The notes beneath the pieces are model-generated. The model searched no databases and had not been told where the DNA came from. It saw nothing but the letters and a program-made list of their open reading frames with translations. Below are positions 9,965 through 20,024 of a stretch of 64,000 nt of DNA, one piece after another (positions within the stretch are counted from its first letter, which is position 1; each line of letters opens with the position of its first letter). A program made the translations under genes and the position numbers. The DNA comes from an uncultured Gammaproteobacteria bacterium (lineage in GTDB: Bacteria; Pseudomonadota; Gammaproteobacteria; Arenicellales; JAANXG01): the NCBI GenBank assembly GCA_947258785.1, contig CAMYJT010000008.1:140429-204428 (forward strand). Direction: 5' to 3'.

Positions 9965-9978
9965 CTCATATATATGAG
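9965..9978. promoter_or_regulatory. perfect 14-bp palindrome CTCATATATATGAG, candidate GntR operator
   Basis: It lies 3 nt downstream of the candidate -10. A related half-site CTCATATATA is at 9878-9887, next to the regulator gene. Confidence 0.4.
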
Positions 9979-10020
9979 ATAAGTCGGATATCTAGTTGGT
10001 CAGGACCAGAGGAGGAGGCC

Positions 10021-11526
10021 TTGGAATTTCTCGACTATCTCCCCCAGGTGTTTACCTGGACCAATCTGTCGATATTGGTTCTGGGTACAGTTGGAGGACT
10101 GATCTTAGGCGCAACCCCGGGATTGAGCCCGACCATGGCGGTCGCCCTGCTCATCCCGTTCACTTTTCAAATGGCGCCCGCACCCGCGCTGATCCTGCTC
10201 GGCGCGGTGTACACGGCCACCGTTGCGGGGGGCGCCGTCAGCGCCATACTCGTGAGCATCCCGGGGGCTCCCGCGAACATTGCCACGCTCCTCGACGGCT
10301 TTCCGCTGGCCAAGCAGGGCCGGGCGACCGAGGCGCTGCACTATTGTTTTATCAGCTCATTTATCGGCGGTGCCATCGGTGTATTCGTGCTGATTTTCTT
10401 TACGCCGGTGCTGGCGGATGTGGCGCTGCAATTCGGTCCGTCCGAATTGTTTTGGGTGGCGGTGCTCGGCGTTACTGTCATCGGGTCTCTTGGTACCACG
10501 TCGGTACTGAAAGGCCTCTTTGCCGGCGCCTTCGGATTGTGGATCTCGACGGTGGGTTACAATCCGGTTGTTGGCGAAGAACGCTTCGTGTTTTCCGAAC
10601 ACCTGACCGGCGGGATCAATATCATCGCAGCGCTCATCGGTCTGTTTGCGATCCCGCAGGTCCTCACCATGCTGGAGGACTCAGGCCGCTCTGGTTCAGT
10701 CGAGATGTTCAAAATGGAGGAACACAAACTCCTTGCATCGTTCCGCGCTAATCTCGCCCGAGTCAAAGCGCTTATAATCGGTACGATATCAGGGGTGATT
10801 GTTGGTATTATCCCGGGTGCTGGCGGACAGATTGCGGGTCTGATCGCTTACGACCAGACCAAGAAGTTCAGCCGGAGTAAAGAACGTTTCGGCACCGGCG
10901 AACCGGAGGGTGTAATCGCCGCTGAGAGTGCGAACAACGCAATGGTGGGTCCGTCACTGGTCCCATTATTGACACTGTCAGTCCCTGGTAGCCCGACGGC
11001 TGCGGTGTTGTTGGGTGGGTTATTGATTAACGGTCTATTTCCGGGCCCTGACCTGTTTACGGTTCATGCCGAAGTTACATGGACCTTTATCAATTCCCTG
11101 TTGGTGGCACAGGTGTTCATGCTCGTTTTTGGGTTGACCATCAGCCGGTACAGCCGCTTTGTAACACGTATTCCCAACCATGTGATGGCCAGCGCCGTAA
11201 CCGTTCTCGCGGTGTTCGGCACCTACAGCGTGCAAAACAGCATGTCCGATGTATTCGTGATGATGACCTTGGGCACGGCCATGTATTTTGCCTCGAAATT
11301 CGGATTCAGCCCCGCGCCCGTGGTGCTCGGCGTTATCCTCGGGCCGATCGCGGAAACCAATTTCCTCGAAGGTAAGCTGATCGCGGAAAGCGGCGACGGA
11401 CTGATGCCTTACTTTTTCACCGGCACGATTAACGTGGTGCTGGTCGCATTCTGTTTCCTGTCGATTGCTTACAGCATCTTCAGTGAAGTGCGTAAAATCA
11501 AGAAGCAGCGGGAGGACACGGCATGA
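10021..11526 (+). CDS. tctA: tripartite tricarboxylate transporter (TTT) large permease TctA
   Basis: 501-aa polytopic protein. The N-terminus LVLGTVGGLILGATPGLSPTMAVALLIPFTF is typical of TctA. TTG start preceded by GAGGAGGAGG. Confidence 0.9.
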   Translation: MEFLDYLPQVFTWTNLSILVLGTVGGLILGATPGLSPTMAVALLIPFTFQMAPAPALILLGAVYTATVAGGAVSAILVSIPGAPANIATLLDGFPLAKQGRATEALHYCFISSFIGGAIGVFVLIFFTPVLADVALQFGPSELFWVAVLGVTVIGSLGTTSVLKGLFAGAFGLWISTVGYNPVVGEERFVFSEHLTGGINIIAALIGLFAIPQVLTMLEDSGRSGSVEMFKMEEHKLLASFRANLARVKALIIGTISGVIVGIIPGAGGQIAGLIAYDQTKKFSRSKERFGTGEPEGVIAAESANNAMVGPSLVPLLTLSVPGSPTAAVLLGGLLINGLFPGPDLFTVHAEVTWTFINSLLVAQVFMLVFGLTISRYSRFVTRIPNHVMASAVTVLAVFGTYSVQNSMSDVFVMMTLGTAMYFASKFGFSPAPVVLGVILGPIAETNFLEGKLIAESGDGLMPYFFTGTINVVLVAFCFLSIAYSIFSEVRKIKKQREDTA

Positions 11527-11954
11527 AAACCGAGCGTTGGATCTGCGTGTGGATGGCGTCGGTCGCGATGCTGCTGTTTGTACTGAGTACGATACCCAGC
11601 AACCAGGAAGCCTTTATTTTTCCAAGAATCGTCGGCTTGATTCTCATCGTCATTGCCGTGGCGGCGATCCTGGGCGCACGGGACCGCAGTGGCTCGCCGA
11701 GGGAGTCCATTAGCGTGAGCATACCGTGGCGGGCCATTTGGCCGGCATTGATCGTATTCCTGGCCTACCTGAATCTGGCCGAAAAACTGGGCTTTTATAC
11801 TACGTCCCTGCTCGCATTTATTGCGCTCTCGGCGATCTATTCCCCGGCCCAGGGAGTCGGAACCAGAATAGTGAAATCCGGCGTCATCGCCTGCGGCTTT
11901 ATCGCGGCCCTTTACGTCCTGTTCACGCTCCTGTTGCGCGTGCAGATGCCCTAG
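11523..11954 (+). CDS. tctB: TTT small permease TctB
   Basis: 143 aa, 4 hydrophobic helices. The start overlaps the tctA stop (ATGA). The position between tctA and tctC is canonical. Confidence 0.75.
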   Translation: MKTERWICVWMASVAMLLFVLSTIPSNQEAFIFPRIVGLILIVIAVAAILGARDRSGSPRESISVSIPWRAIWPALIVFLAYLNLAEKLGFYTTSLLAFIALSAIYSPAQGVGTRIVKSGVIACGFIAALYVLFTLLLRVQMP

Positions 11955-12039
11955 CTCGAATTAGGTTTGACTGTGATCGATTTTCCAGGGACGAGATTTA
12001 TTAGCGCAAGGACGCTTGGTTACCCATTAGGAGGAGCAG

Positions 12040-13023
12040 ATGAAACGAGTTAAACACATGAAAACGAGAAGTCTCTGGATGTCGGCGGTTGTTGCGCTGG
12101 TATGGCCGTTCAGCGTGCTGGCCGAAGGTTATCCGGACCGACCGGTGCTGGTGACCGTGGCCTACTCACCGGGCGGCGCGACGGATTTTCAGGCGCGCAT
12201 CGTGACCATGATGGCGGCCCAGGAATCCTACCTCGGCCAGCCCCTGGTGATCGTCAACAAGCCCGGTGCGGGCGGTCAGGTGGGCTGGAACTGGTTCGCC
12301 CAGAAGGCCAAGGACGACGGCTATCAGCTGGCGGCGTACAACATCCCGCATTTCATAGCCCAGTCGATCGTGTTCAAGACCAAATACAGCATTGACAATC
12401 TCGAGCCGATTGCGAACTGGGGCGCCGACCCGGCGGTGCTGATCGTCAACAAGGACAGTCAGTTCAACACGGCTAACGAGTTGCTTGACTTTGCAAAGCA
12501 GAATCCCGGCAAGGTCACCATCTCCGGGGCGGGCCAATTTACCGGGCATCACGTCGCCATGCTGCAATTGGCCAAAGCCGCCGGCGTCACCTTCAAGTAC
12601 ATCCCGACCAAAGGCGGCGTCAAGGCGTTGCAACGGGTGCTCGGTGGCGACGTCACCGCCGGCTTCAACAATCTCTCCGATTCCTACCGCAGCCGGGACA
12701 AACTCAAGATCCTTGCCATCGCCGACCTGGAACGCGACAAGGAGTTCCTGCCCGATGTGCCGACGTTCAAGGAAATCGGCGTGGACGTGGACAACTCCAG
12801 CGTGAATTTCCGCGGCATCATGGCGCCCAAGGGGACCCCGCCGGAGGTAATCAATAAACTGGCCATGAAAATCCCGCCCATGTTTCAGGACAAGAAAGTC
12901 ATTAAAAAAATGCAGGCGGGTGGATCGCCGATGCGTGTTATGAGCCGCGATGACGTGATCGCCATGTGGAAGGAACGCCAAGCGTATCTGACCGATCTAC
13001 TCAAGGACCTGAAAAAGAAGTAA
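12040..13023 (+). CDS. tctC: TTT periplasmic substrate-binding protein TctC (Bug family)
   Basis: Signal peptide, then YPDRPVLVTVAYSPGGATDFQARI and NKPGAGGQVG motifs of Bug/TctC proteins. Confidence 0.9.
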   Translation: MKRVKHMKTRSLWMSAVVALVWPFSVLAEGYPDRPVLVTVAYSPGGATDFQARIVTMMAAQESYLGQPLVIVNKPGAGGQVGWNWFAQKAKDDGYQLAAYNIPHFIAQSIVFKTKYSIDNLEPIANWGADPAVLIVNKDSQFNTANELLDFAKQNPGKVTISGAGQFTGHHVAMLQLAKAAGVTFKYIPTKGGVKALQRVLGGDVTAGFNNLSDSYRSRDKLKILAIADLERDKEFLPDVPTFKEIGVDVDNSSVNFRGIMAPKGTPPEVINKLAMKIPPMFQDKKVIKKMQAGGSPMRVMSRDDVIAMWKERQAYLTDLLKDLKKK

Positions 13024-13030
13024 CGCCACA

Positions 13031-13059
13031 GCGCCCTCTCCGCGGAGCGGAGGGGGCGC
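13031..13059 (+). other. 13-bp GC-rich hairpin after tctC (no T-tract)
   Basis: GCGCCCTCTCCGC-GGA-GCGGAGGGGGCGC with one G-T wobble. It lies between the binding-protein gene and the next CDS. Confidence 0.5.
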
Positions 13060-13108
13060 CAGGGTTGGGAACAACTCTAAACTCAAACGTCAACACAGTA
13101 CTAATCCG

Positions 13109-14563
13109 ATGGCTGAAACTACCCAGAACGCAACCGATTTTACGGTAAACGACGTCAACGCCGTCGTGGGGCATTTGATCGAACACGCGCGCGTGGCGCA
13201 ACGCATCTTTGACAAATATGACCAGCAACAGGTCGACGAAGTCGTCACTGCGGTGGGCTGGGCGGTCATAAACCCGCAAAACAACCGTGAGCTTGCCGAG
13301 ATGGCGGTGCGGGATACCGGACTCGGAAACGTCGACGACAAGATACGCAAGAATCACCGCAAGACCAAAGGGCTGCTGCGCGATCTCCGCGGCGCCAAGA
13401 CCGTCGGGGTGGTGTCGGAATATCCCGAGCTGGGAATCATCGAAATCGCGCGACCGGTGGGCGTCGTTGGGGCAATCGTCCCGTCGACCAACCCGGTAGC
13501 GACGCCCTTTAACAAGACGATCAACGCCCTCAAGGGAAGAAACGCAGTCATCCTCGCGCCGTCACCCAAGGGACAGCAGGTCTGTGCACGGCTGATCCAG
13601 TTTATCCACCAGGAACTGGACCGGGTTGGTGCACCGCTTGAGCTAGTGCAGAAACTGCCCGAACCGGTCGATAAGGCGATGACCAACGAACTGATGCGGC
13701 AGGTCGATCTGGTGGTTGTGACGGGTTCGCAGAATAACGTACGCGGGGCGTACAGCAGCGGTACGCCGGCCGTGGGAGTCGGGGCCGGGAACGTGGTCTC
13801 GATTATTGATGACACCGCCGATGTCGACGCCGCGGCGGCGAAGATCGCAAGTTCCAAGATCTTCGACAACGCGACCTCGTGCTCGTCGGAAAACAGTGCC
13901 GTGATCCTGGATACGGTGTACGAGGCTGGCCTCCAGGCGCTGGAAACGAACGGCGGTGTAGTCTTGAGCACCGATGAGAAACGCCGATTACAACACGCCA
14001 TGTGGATCGACGGAAAGATCAACCGGGAGGTAATCGCCAAAGACGCCACCACGATCTGCGATCTGGCAGGGCTCGATGACACCAGGCAGAAGTCCCCCCG
14101 GTTCCTGCTGGTGGAGGAGCAGGAGATCGGTCCCAACGCGCCTTTTTCGGATGAAAAGATGTCCCCGGTACTCACGGTCTATCGGGCCCGGGATTTTGAT
14201 GACGCATTCGCCATTACCTCGCGCATCCTCGATGTTCAAGGACGCGGCCATTCCGTCGGTATCCACACCAACGACAACGCCCACATCATGCGTCTGGGTC
14301 TGGAAATGCCAGTGTGCCGGGTAATCGTCAATCAGGCCCACTGTTTTGCCACCGGTGGAAATTTCGACAACGGGTTGCCGTTTTCGCTGTCCATGGGCTG
14401 CGGGACCTGGGGTCAGAACAGCATCTCGGACAACATGAACTACCGGCACTATTTGAACACGACGCGTATCGCCAGAACGATCCCGACCAACGAGCCGTCG
14501 TTACAGGAGTTGTTTGGCGAGTTCTGGAGCAAACACGGCATTCAGGCGCAAACGGGAGAGTGA
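13109..14563 (+). CDS. CoA-acylating aldehyde dehydrogenase (EutE/PduP-type); SauS-like candidate sulfoacetaldehyde dehydrogenase (acylating)
   Basis: 484 aa. Catalytic-Cys context FDNATSCSSENS and GAGN/GxG motifs of the acetylating ALDH family. The SauS assignment is by context (adjacent CoA ligase, xsc, pta). Confidence 0.75.
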   Translation: MAETTQNATDFTVNDVNAVVGHLIEHARVAQRIFDKYDQQQVDEVVTAVGWAVINPQNNRELAEMAVRDTGLGNVDDKIRKNHRKTKGLLRDLRGAKTVGVVSEYPELGIIEIARPVGVVGAIVPSTNPVATPFNKTINALKGRNAVILAPSPKGQQVCARLIQFIHQELDRVGAPLELVQKLPEPVDKAMTNELMRQVDLVVVTGSQNNVRGAYSSGTPAVGVGAGNVVSIIDDTADVDAAAAKIASSKIFDNATSCSSENSAVILDTVYEAGLQALETNGGVVLSTDEKRRLQHAMWIDGKINREVIAKDATTICDLAGLDDTRQKSPRFLLVEEQEIGPNAPFSDEKMSPVLTVYRARDFDDAFAITSRILDVQGRGHSVGIHTNDNAHIMRLGLEMPVCRVIVNQAHCFATGGNFDNGLPFSLSMGCGTWGQNSISDNMNYRHYLNTTRIARTIPTNEPSLQELFGEFWSKHGIQAQTGE

Positions 14564-14566
14564 ACG

Positions 14567-16099
14567 ATGTATACGGTGCGTTCAATCATCGACGCCAGGG
14601 CCGAGTTACAGCCTGAAACCGTGTTTCAGATTGCGCCGGAACCGGGCTTGGAATTGACCTATGCCGGGCTTCGGTCGACCGCACACATGTTGAACCGCAG
14701 GCTTGGGGGCCTGGGAGTGGCGGGGGGCGACAAAGTCGGTTTCCTGCTGGACAACGGTCATTGGACGACGGCGTTGTTTCTCGGCGTGATGTATGCGGGC
14801 CGGGTTATCCTGCCTTTGAACGCGGTGGCGGGACCCGACCAGTTGTCCTATGTATTGTCCCACTCCGATGCCAAAGTCCTGTTTATATCCGGTTGCTACA
14901 AAGAAAAGTTTTCCTCGGTACTCGACAAATTCACCGGGAACGTATTGATGATCGCAACCGATGAAGATACAGGACCGGTGTGGCCGCAGGATGCAAAACC
15001 AGACGCAGCAATGCCCGTGCTCACGCCCGAAGACGAAGCCTTGCTCATCTACACCTCCGGTACCACCGGACTGCCCAAGGGCGCACTCTTGACCCATCGG
15101 AATGTAATCGCGGGCGGGGAAAACAGCGCCGGCGCCCACGAGTTGACGAATAAAGACCGCGCCTTGTGTGTGCTGCCGCTGTATCACATCAACGGCGAGA
15201 TGGTCACGGTAATTGCGCCGCTGATGAGCAACGGCAGCGTGGTGATGCCGCATCGCTTCAGTGCCAAACAGTTCTGGCGCTGGACATCGGACTACGAATG
15301 CACGTGGTTCAGCGTCGTCCCAACGATCATTTCCTATCTGCTTGAGCACGACGAACGGGAGGCACAGGACCACAATTACCGGAAGATTGGGAGCCGTGTG
15401 CGATTCGGCCGTTCCGCCTCATCAGCCCTGCCCCCGGCAATTCACCGCGCCTTCGAAGATCGGTTCGGCATTCGCGTGGTGGAAACGATGGGTTTAACGG
15501 AGACCGCGGCCCAGATACTCTCCAATCCGCTGCCCCCCGAAAAATCGAAATACGGTTCACCGGGCCGGCCCTACGGCAACCGGGCAAAGATCGTCAATGA
15601 ACAGGGTGAAGACGCCATAGACGGTGTGAAGGGCGAACTTCTCATTCAGGGCGACAACGTGATGAAGGGTTACTACAAGAATCCGGAGGCCACCCGGACC
15701 GCGATCGACGCGGACGGATGGTTCCACACCGGCGACATCGCGTACCGGGATGAGGACGGTTTCTACTTCATTACCGGGCGCATTAAGGAACTCATTATCA
15801 AAGGCGGAGAAAACATCGCGCCCCGGGAAATCGACGATGTGCTTTATAAACACCCGGCGATACTTGAGGCGGCGGCATTCGGAATGCCGGACAATAACTA
15901 CGGCGAGGAGGTCATGGCGTGCGTGGCGTTCAAATCCGGCGAGATCTGTTCTTCGGATGAACTGCAGGCGTTCTGTGTCGAAAACCTGGGCAAATTCAAG
16001 GCGCCAAAGGCAATCTACGTATTAAAGGATTTGCCCAAAGGCCCCTCAGGCAAGATCCAAAGATTGAAGCTGGTCGATATCGTCGCGGAGCTGAGTTGA
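14567..16099 (+). CDS. AMP-forming acyl-CoA ligase; SauT-like candidate sulfoacetate-CoA ligase
   Basis: LIYTSGTTGLPKGALLTHRN (AMP-binding motif), YHINGE, GWFHTGD and PKGPSGKIQR motifs. It starts 4 nt after the ALDH stop. Confidence 0.85.
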   Translation: MYTVRSIIDARAELQPETVFQIAPEPGLELTYAGLRSTAHMLNRRLGGLGVAGGDKVGFLLDNGHWTTALFLGVMYAGRVILPLNAVAGPDQLSYVLSHSDAKVLFISGCYKEKFSSVLDKFTGNVLMIATDEDTGPVWPQDAKPDAAMPVLTPEDEALLIYTSGTTGLPKGALLTHRNVIAGGENSAGAHELTNKDRALCVLPLYHINGEMVTVIAPLMSNGSVVMPHRFSAKQFWRWTSDYECTWFSVVPTIISYLLEHDEREAQDHNYRKIGSRVRFGRSASSALPPAIHRAFEDRFGIRVVETMGLTETAAQILSNPLPPEKSKYGSPGRPYGNRAKIVNEQGEDAIDGVKGELLIQGDNVMKGYYKNPEATRTAIDADGWFHTGDIAYRDEDGFYFITGRIKELIIKGGENIAPREIDDVLYKHPAILEAAAFGMPDNNYGEEVMACVAFKSGEICSSDELQAFCVENLGKFKAPKAIYVLKDLPKGPSGKIQRLKLVDIVAELS

Positions 16100-16187
16100 A
16101 ACATTGCAAGACGATCGTTGACGGTGCAAAAGCTCGTACTGTATGAGTATGGCGATCTGCCACCGATACGTATAAAGGAGGAATCCG

Positions 16188-16628
16188 ATGTTTGGCAAGA
16201 TCTTGGTTGCGGTGGACGGCTCGGAACACGCTTACAAGGCCCTCGACGTCGCCGCGGATCTCGCGGAGAAGTACGGCGCCTCGTTGCTGGTCTTACACGT
16301 CATTGTGAAACACGCCATACCCCCATATTTTGAAGGACTTGCGGTTGAAAAAGCCGAGCAGATATTCAAGACCCTGGGAACAGAGGTGGCCGAAAAGATC
16401 TTTGCCGAATGCGAGGCACGCGTGCGGGACCGGAGTCTCAAATCCATGGAAACGGCTGTTGCGGAAGGCGAACCTGCTCGTGCAATTACAGATCACGCGA
16501 ATAACGAAGCGGTTGATCTAATTGCCATGGGTACCCGCGGCCTAAGCGGACTTCAAGACGTGGTCATCGGGAGCGTGGCGCACAGGGTCAACATCTTGTC
16601 GCAATGCCCGGTAATTACCGTAAAGTGA
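16188..16628 (+). CDS. universal stress protein (UspA family)
   Basis: 146 aa. ILVAVDGSEH...LLVLHV...DLIAMGTRGLSGL...GSVAHRV is the classic Usp ATP-binding pattern. Confidence 0.9.
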   Translation: MFGKILVAVDGSEHAYKALDVAADLAEKYGASLLVLHVIVKHAIPPYFEGLAVEKAEQIFKTLGTEVAEKIFAECEARVRDRSLKSMETAVAEGEPARAITDHANNEAVDLIAMGTRGLSGLQDVVIGSVAHRVNILSQCPVITVK

Positions 16629-16646
16629 GGATATACAGGGAGATGC

Positions 16647-18074
16647 TTGACATCTAATGGTACGAGTACGCATATGACAAATGCTCAACAAAAAACACCC
16701 AGTGCAACGCTGAACAGTTACGATCCGCGTTACGATCCTCTGGTAGACGCTGGGCCGGGCCACAACCGCGACTATGCGCCAACGTACTGGATCGCAACGG
16801 CGGGGACGCCGCCGCCGGACGACGGGCCGATTACCGGAGACCTCGACACGGACGTTGTGGTCATCGGCTCCGGCTACACGGGCCTGGCCTGCGCCATCTT
16901 TCTGGCCCAGGAACACGGCATCAAGACGACGGTGCTGGAAGCCAACTGCGTCAGCTGGGGCTGCAGCACACGCAATGGCGGTCAAGCGCAGATCTCCTCC
17001 GGCCGGCTTAAAAGATCTCAATGGATCAAACGCTGGGGCTTAGAGACCGCAAGGAAGATGCACGCGGAGGTCACCGAGGCCTTCGACGTCTTTAGGGACC
17101 TGATCCTTTCCGGCAGGTTCGATTGCGAACCCCAGCGGGGTGGACACCTTTACATCGCCCACCGCCCCAGGGCCATGAACATGCTGAAGGCGGAATGCAA
17201 ACTGCTGAATGAGACCTTCAATTACAAAGCTGAACTACTGGACGCCGAGACACTGCGGCGCGAGTACGTGCACGACGCCGAGGCGTCAGGGGCGATGCTT
17301 GAACCCGATGGCATCGGCGTACACGCCGGAAAAATGGCGTTCGGCTACTTGAGCCTGGCGCGGGAACTCGGGGCCACCGTGCACCCATCCAGCCCGGTGA
17401 TGGGTTGGGAAACCCACAACGGAGTGCATTATCTGGGCACGCCTGGCGGAACGGTGCGGGCGCGTGCGGTGGCAATCGCCACCGGCGGCTACACACCACC
17501 CGGCCTGCACCCGAGGGTGAAGCGCCGCATCATGCCGATTCTGTCAAACTCCATCGTGACGCGGCCAATGACCCAGGAGGAAAAAACGGCGTGTAACTTC
17601 AAAACCCATCTCGTGCTCACCGACACGCGTACCTTGCGCCATTACTATCGTAAACTACCCGATGACCGGGTGCAGATCGGCAGCCGCAGCGCCATTACCG
17701 GGGCGGATGCCGAAAACCCCAAACACTTGCGGCGCCTGCTCGAGGATTTGTACCGAAAGTTCCCGGCCCTGCAAGATATCGATGTCGATTACTCCTGGTG
17801 GGGCTGGGTGGATGTCAGTCACGACATGATGCCGCGCATCTTTCAACCGGACCCGTCGCAGACCGTCTACTACGCGATCGGTTACGGCGGCAACGGCGTC
17901 ATGTATTCCGCACAGGCCGGACGGAGATTGGCCCAGAAGATAGCCGGAAAAGGACGGGAGCTCGATCTTCCCATCTTTACCTCGCCCCTGCCGGGTCACC
18001 TGCTCGCGCCGTTCAGACGACTGGGCCAGCGCATGCTGTATCAATGGTACTACTTGCGCGACGAGGTGATTTAG
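16647..18074 (+). CDS. FAD-dependent oxidoreductase (DAO family, PuuB/OrdL-like)
   Basis: DVVVIGSGYTGLACAIFLA dinucleotide-binding motif, preceded by YAPTYWIATAG as in OrdL/PuuB-type amine oxidoreductases. Substrate unknown. Confidence 0.85.
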   Translation: MTSNGTSTHMTNAQQKTPSATLNSYDPRYDPLVDAGPGHNRDYAPTYWIATAGTPPPDDGPITGDLDTDVVVIGSGYTGLACAIFLAQEHGIKTTVLEANCVSWGCSTRNGGQAQISSGRLKRSQWIKRWGLETARKMHAEVTEAFDVFRDLILSGRFDCEPQRGGHLYIAHRPRAMNMLKAECKLLNETFNYKAELLDAETLRREYVHDAEASGAMLEPDGIGVHAGKMAFGYLSLARELGATVHPSSPVMGWETHNGVHYLGTPGGTVRARAVAIATGGYTPPGLHPRVKRRIMPILSNSIVTRPMTQEEKTACNFKTHLVLTDTRTLRHYYRKLPDDRVQIGSRSAITGADAENPKHLRRLLEDLYRKFPALQDIDVDYSWWGWVDVSHDMMPRIFQPDPSQTVYYAIGYGGNGVMYSAQAGRRLAQKIAGKGRELDLPIFTSPLPGHLLAPFRRLGQRMLYQWYYLRDEVI

Positions 18075-18140
18075 CCCGCTTTGAGCGGTGCACGCAAAGC
18101 GCAGTCAACTTTCTTGATTTTCAACCAAAGGAGTATTCTC

Positions 18141-19925
18141 ATGACACACTCTCTCCCGAAGCGAGCCGCAGTGACCGGCAGGCGCCTGATGACGCCCTCG
18201 GAGGCGTTTGTGGAAACCCTGGCGGCCAACGGCGTCACCGATGTGTTCGGTATCGTCGGCTCGGCGTGCATGGACGCACTGGACATCTTTCCGGCCGCGG
18301 GCATCCGCTATGTGCCCGTGGTGCACGAGCAGGGCGGCGGCCATATGGCCGACGGTTACGCACGGGTGAGCGGCCGTCACGGGGTGTGCATGGCCCAGAA
18401 CGGGCCCGGCATCACCAATTTCGTCACCGCCATCGCGGCGGCCTACTGGGCGCATTCGCCGGTAGTGGTGATCACGCCGGAAACCGGGACCATGACCCAG
18501 TGGCTGGGGGGCTTTCAGGAGGCCCAGCAGTTGCCGTTTTTCGAGACCATCACCAAGTTTCAAGGCCACGTGAACAACGCCAAGCGCATGGCCGAGATCA
18601 CCGGCCGCTGCTTCGACCGGGCGATGCTGGACCTGGGACCGGCCCAGCTCAACATCCCGCGGGATCTGTTCTACGGCGACCACGAATACGAGATTCCCGA
18701 GCCGATGCGCGTGGAGCGCGGGCCCGGCGGCAACGATAGCCTGGACCAGGCGGCCAAGCTCTTGGCGTCGGCGAAGTTTCCGGTGATCGTGTCCGGCGGC
18801 GGGGTGATCCTCGCCGAGGGCGTGCCGGCCGCGGTGGCGCTGGCGGAACAGCTCGGCGCGCCGGTGGTCACCAGTTATCTGCACAACGATGCGTTTCCGG
18901 CGAGCCACCCGCTGTGGTGCGGGCCGCTGGGCTATCAGGGTTCCAAGGCCGGCATGAAGCTGATCCGCCAGGCGGACGTGGTGCTGGCGCTGGGCACACG
19001 CCTGGGTCCGTTCGGAACCCTGCCCCAGCACGGCCTGGAGTACTGGCCGGAGAATGCGAAGATCATCCAGGTCGACAGCGACGCCAAGATGCTGGGCCTG
19101 GTAAAGAAGATCTCGGTGGGCGTGTGCGGCGACGCCGGGGCGGCCGCCGAGGCCCTGACCACACGGCTCAAAGGCGAGGAACTGGCCTGCGCCGCCAACC
19201 GCGAGCAGCGCGCCGAGACGATCCGCACCGAGAAGTCCGCGTGGGAAGCGGAGCTCGACGCCTGGCATCACGAAACCGATCCGTACAGCCTGGACATGAT
19301 CAAGGACGCCAAGGAAATGCATCCGCGGCAGATGCTGCGCGAGTTGGAAAAAGCGATGCCTGCGGACGCCATGGTGTCCACGGACATCGGCAACATCTGC
19401 TCGGTGTCGAACAGCTATCTGCGCTTCGAGCAGCCGCGGAGCATGTTTGCGGCGATGAGCTTCGGCAACTGCGGCTACGCGTTTCCGGCGATCATCGGCG
19501 CCAAGCTGGCGGCGCCGGACCGGCCGGCGGTGGCCTACGTCGGCGACGGGGCCTGGGCGATGAGCTTCGGCGAGATCCTGACCTGCGTACGCGAGAATAT
19601 TCCGGTGACCGCGGTGGTGTTCCACAACAAGCAGTGGGGCGCGGAGAAGAAGAACCAGGTGGATTTTTACAGCCGCCGGTTTGTCGGCTCCAACCTGGAC
19701 AATCCCAGCTTTGCCGCGGTGGCGCGGTCCATGGGCGCCGAGGGCGTGACCATCGATCAGCTCGGCGACGTGGGCGACGCTTTGAAGCAGAGCTGCGCGG
19801 CACAGAAGGACGGCAAGACCACCATCGTCGAGGTCATGGTGACCCGCGAACTCGGCGATCCGTTCCGCCGCGACGCGCTGTCCAAACCCGTGCGGCATCT
19901 GGAAAAGTACAAGGACTATGTCTAG
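18141..19925 (+). CDS. xsc: sulfoacetaldehyde acetyltransferase Xsc (ThDP-dependent)
   Basis: Long blocks match my memory of Xsc: LGYQGSKAGMKLIRQADVVLALGTRLGPFGTLP, YWPENAKIIQVD, GDGAW, ELGDPFRRDA. AAAGGAG precedes the ATG at 18141. Confidence 0.9.
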   Translation: MTHSLPKRAAVTGRRLMTPSEAFVETLAANGVTDVFGIVGSACMDALDIFPAAGIRYVPVVHEQGGGHMADGYARVSGRHGVCMAQNGPGITNFVTAIAAAYWAHSPVVVITPETGTMTQWLGGFQEAQQLPFFETITKFQGHVNNAKRMAEITGRCFDRAMLDLGPAQLNIPRDLFYGDHEYEIPEPMRVERGPGGNDSLDQAAKLLASAKFPVIVSGGGVILAEGVPAAVALAEQLGAPVVTSYLHNDAFPASHPLWCGPLGYQGSKAGMKLIRQADVVLALGTRLGPFGTLPQHGLEYWPENAKIIQVDSDAKMLGLVKKISVGVCGDAGAAAEALTTRLKGEELACAANREQRAETIRTEKSAWEAELDAWHHETDPYSLDMIKDAKEMHPRQMLRELEKAMPADAMVSTDIGNICSVSNSYLRFEQPRSMFAAMSFGNCGYAFPAIIGAKLAAPDRPAVAYVGDGAWAMSFGEILTCVRENIPVTAVVFHNKQWGAEKKNQVDFYSRRFVGSNLDNPSFAAVARSMGAEGVTIDQLGDVGDALKQSCAAQKDGKTTIVEVMVTRELGDPFRRDALSKPVRHLEKYKDYV

Positions 19926-19940
19926 CCCGCATATTGCGCC
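19922..19940. repeat. solo MITE terminal repeat (CTAG + CCCGCATATTGCGCC) abutting the xsc stop codon
   Basis: 14/15 match to the left terminal repeat at 53221-53235. The rest of the 96-bp xsc-pta spacer resembles a mini-MITE only weakly. Confidence 0.55.
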
Positions 19941-20024
19941 GTGTTGATCACGTGCGGCTCCTCATTCAATCCAGCCTCCGGGGAGGTTCGGCGTGTCCCG
20001 GGGGCGCTGTCCTGGAGATAGCCG

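Noticed and set aside
18105-19898. Very long antisense or alternate-frame ORFs. Examples are 18105-19898 (597 aa), 48080-49429 (449 aa), 52069-53376 (435 aa), 718-1878 (386 aa), 18914-20050, 23544-24596, 12166-12981, 13354-14175 and 37763-38914.
   Set aside because: Each overlaps a gene with strong family motifs on the other strand or in another frame. Their translations are Arg/Pro/Gly/Ala-rich low-complexity strings, typical of shadow ORFs in GC-rich DNA. None has a recognisable motif or RBS.
19941-20021. Treating the whole xsc-pta spacer as a complete 96-bp mini-MITE.
   Set aside because: Only the left terminal repeat is convincing. The putative right end (GGCGCTGTCCTGGAGATAG) matches the consensus at about 10/19 positions, and the core is not alignable to the other mini copies.
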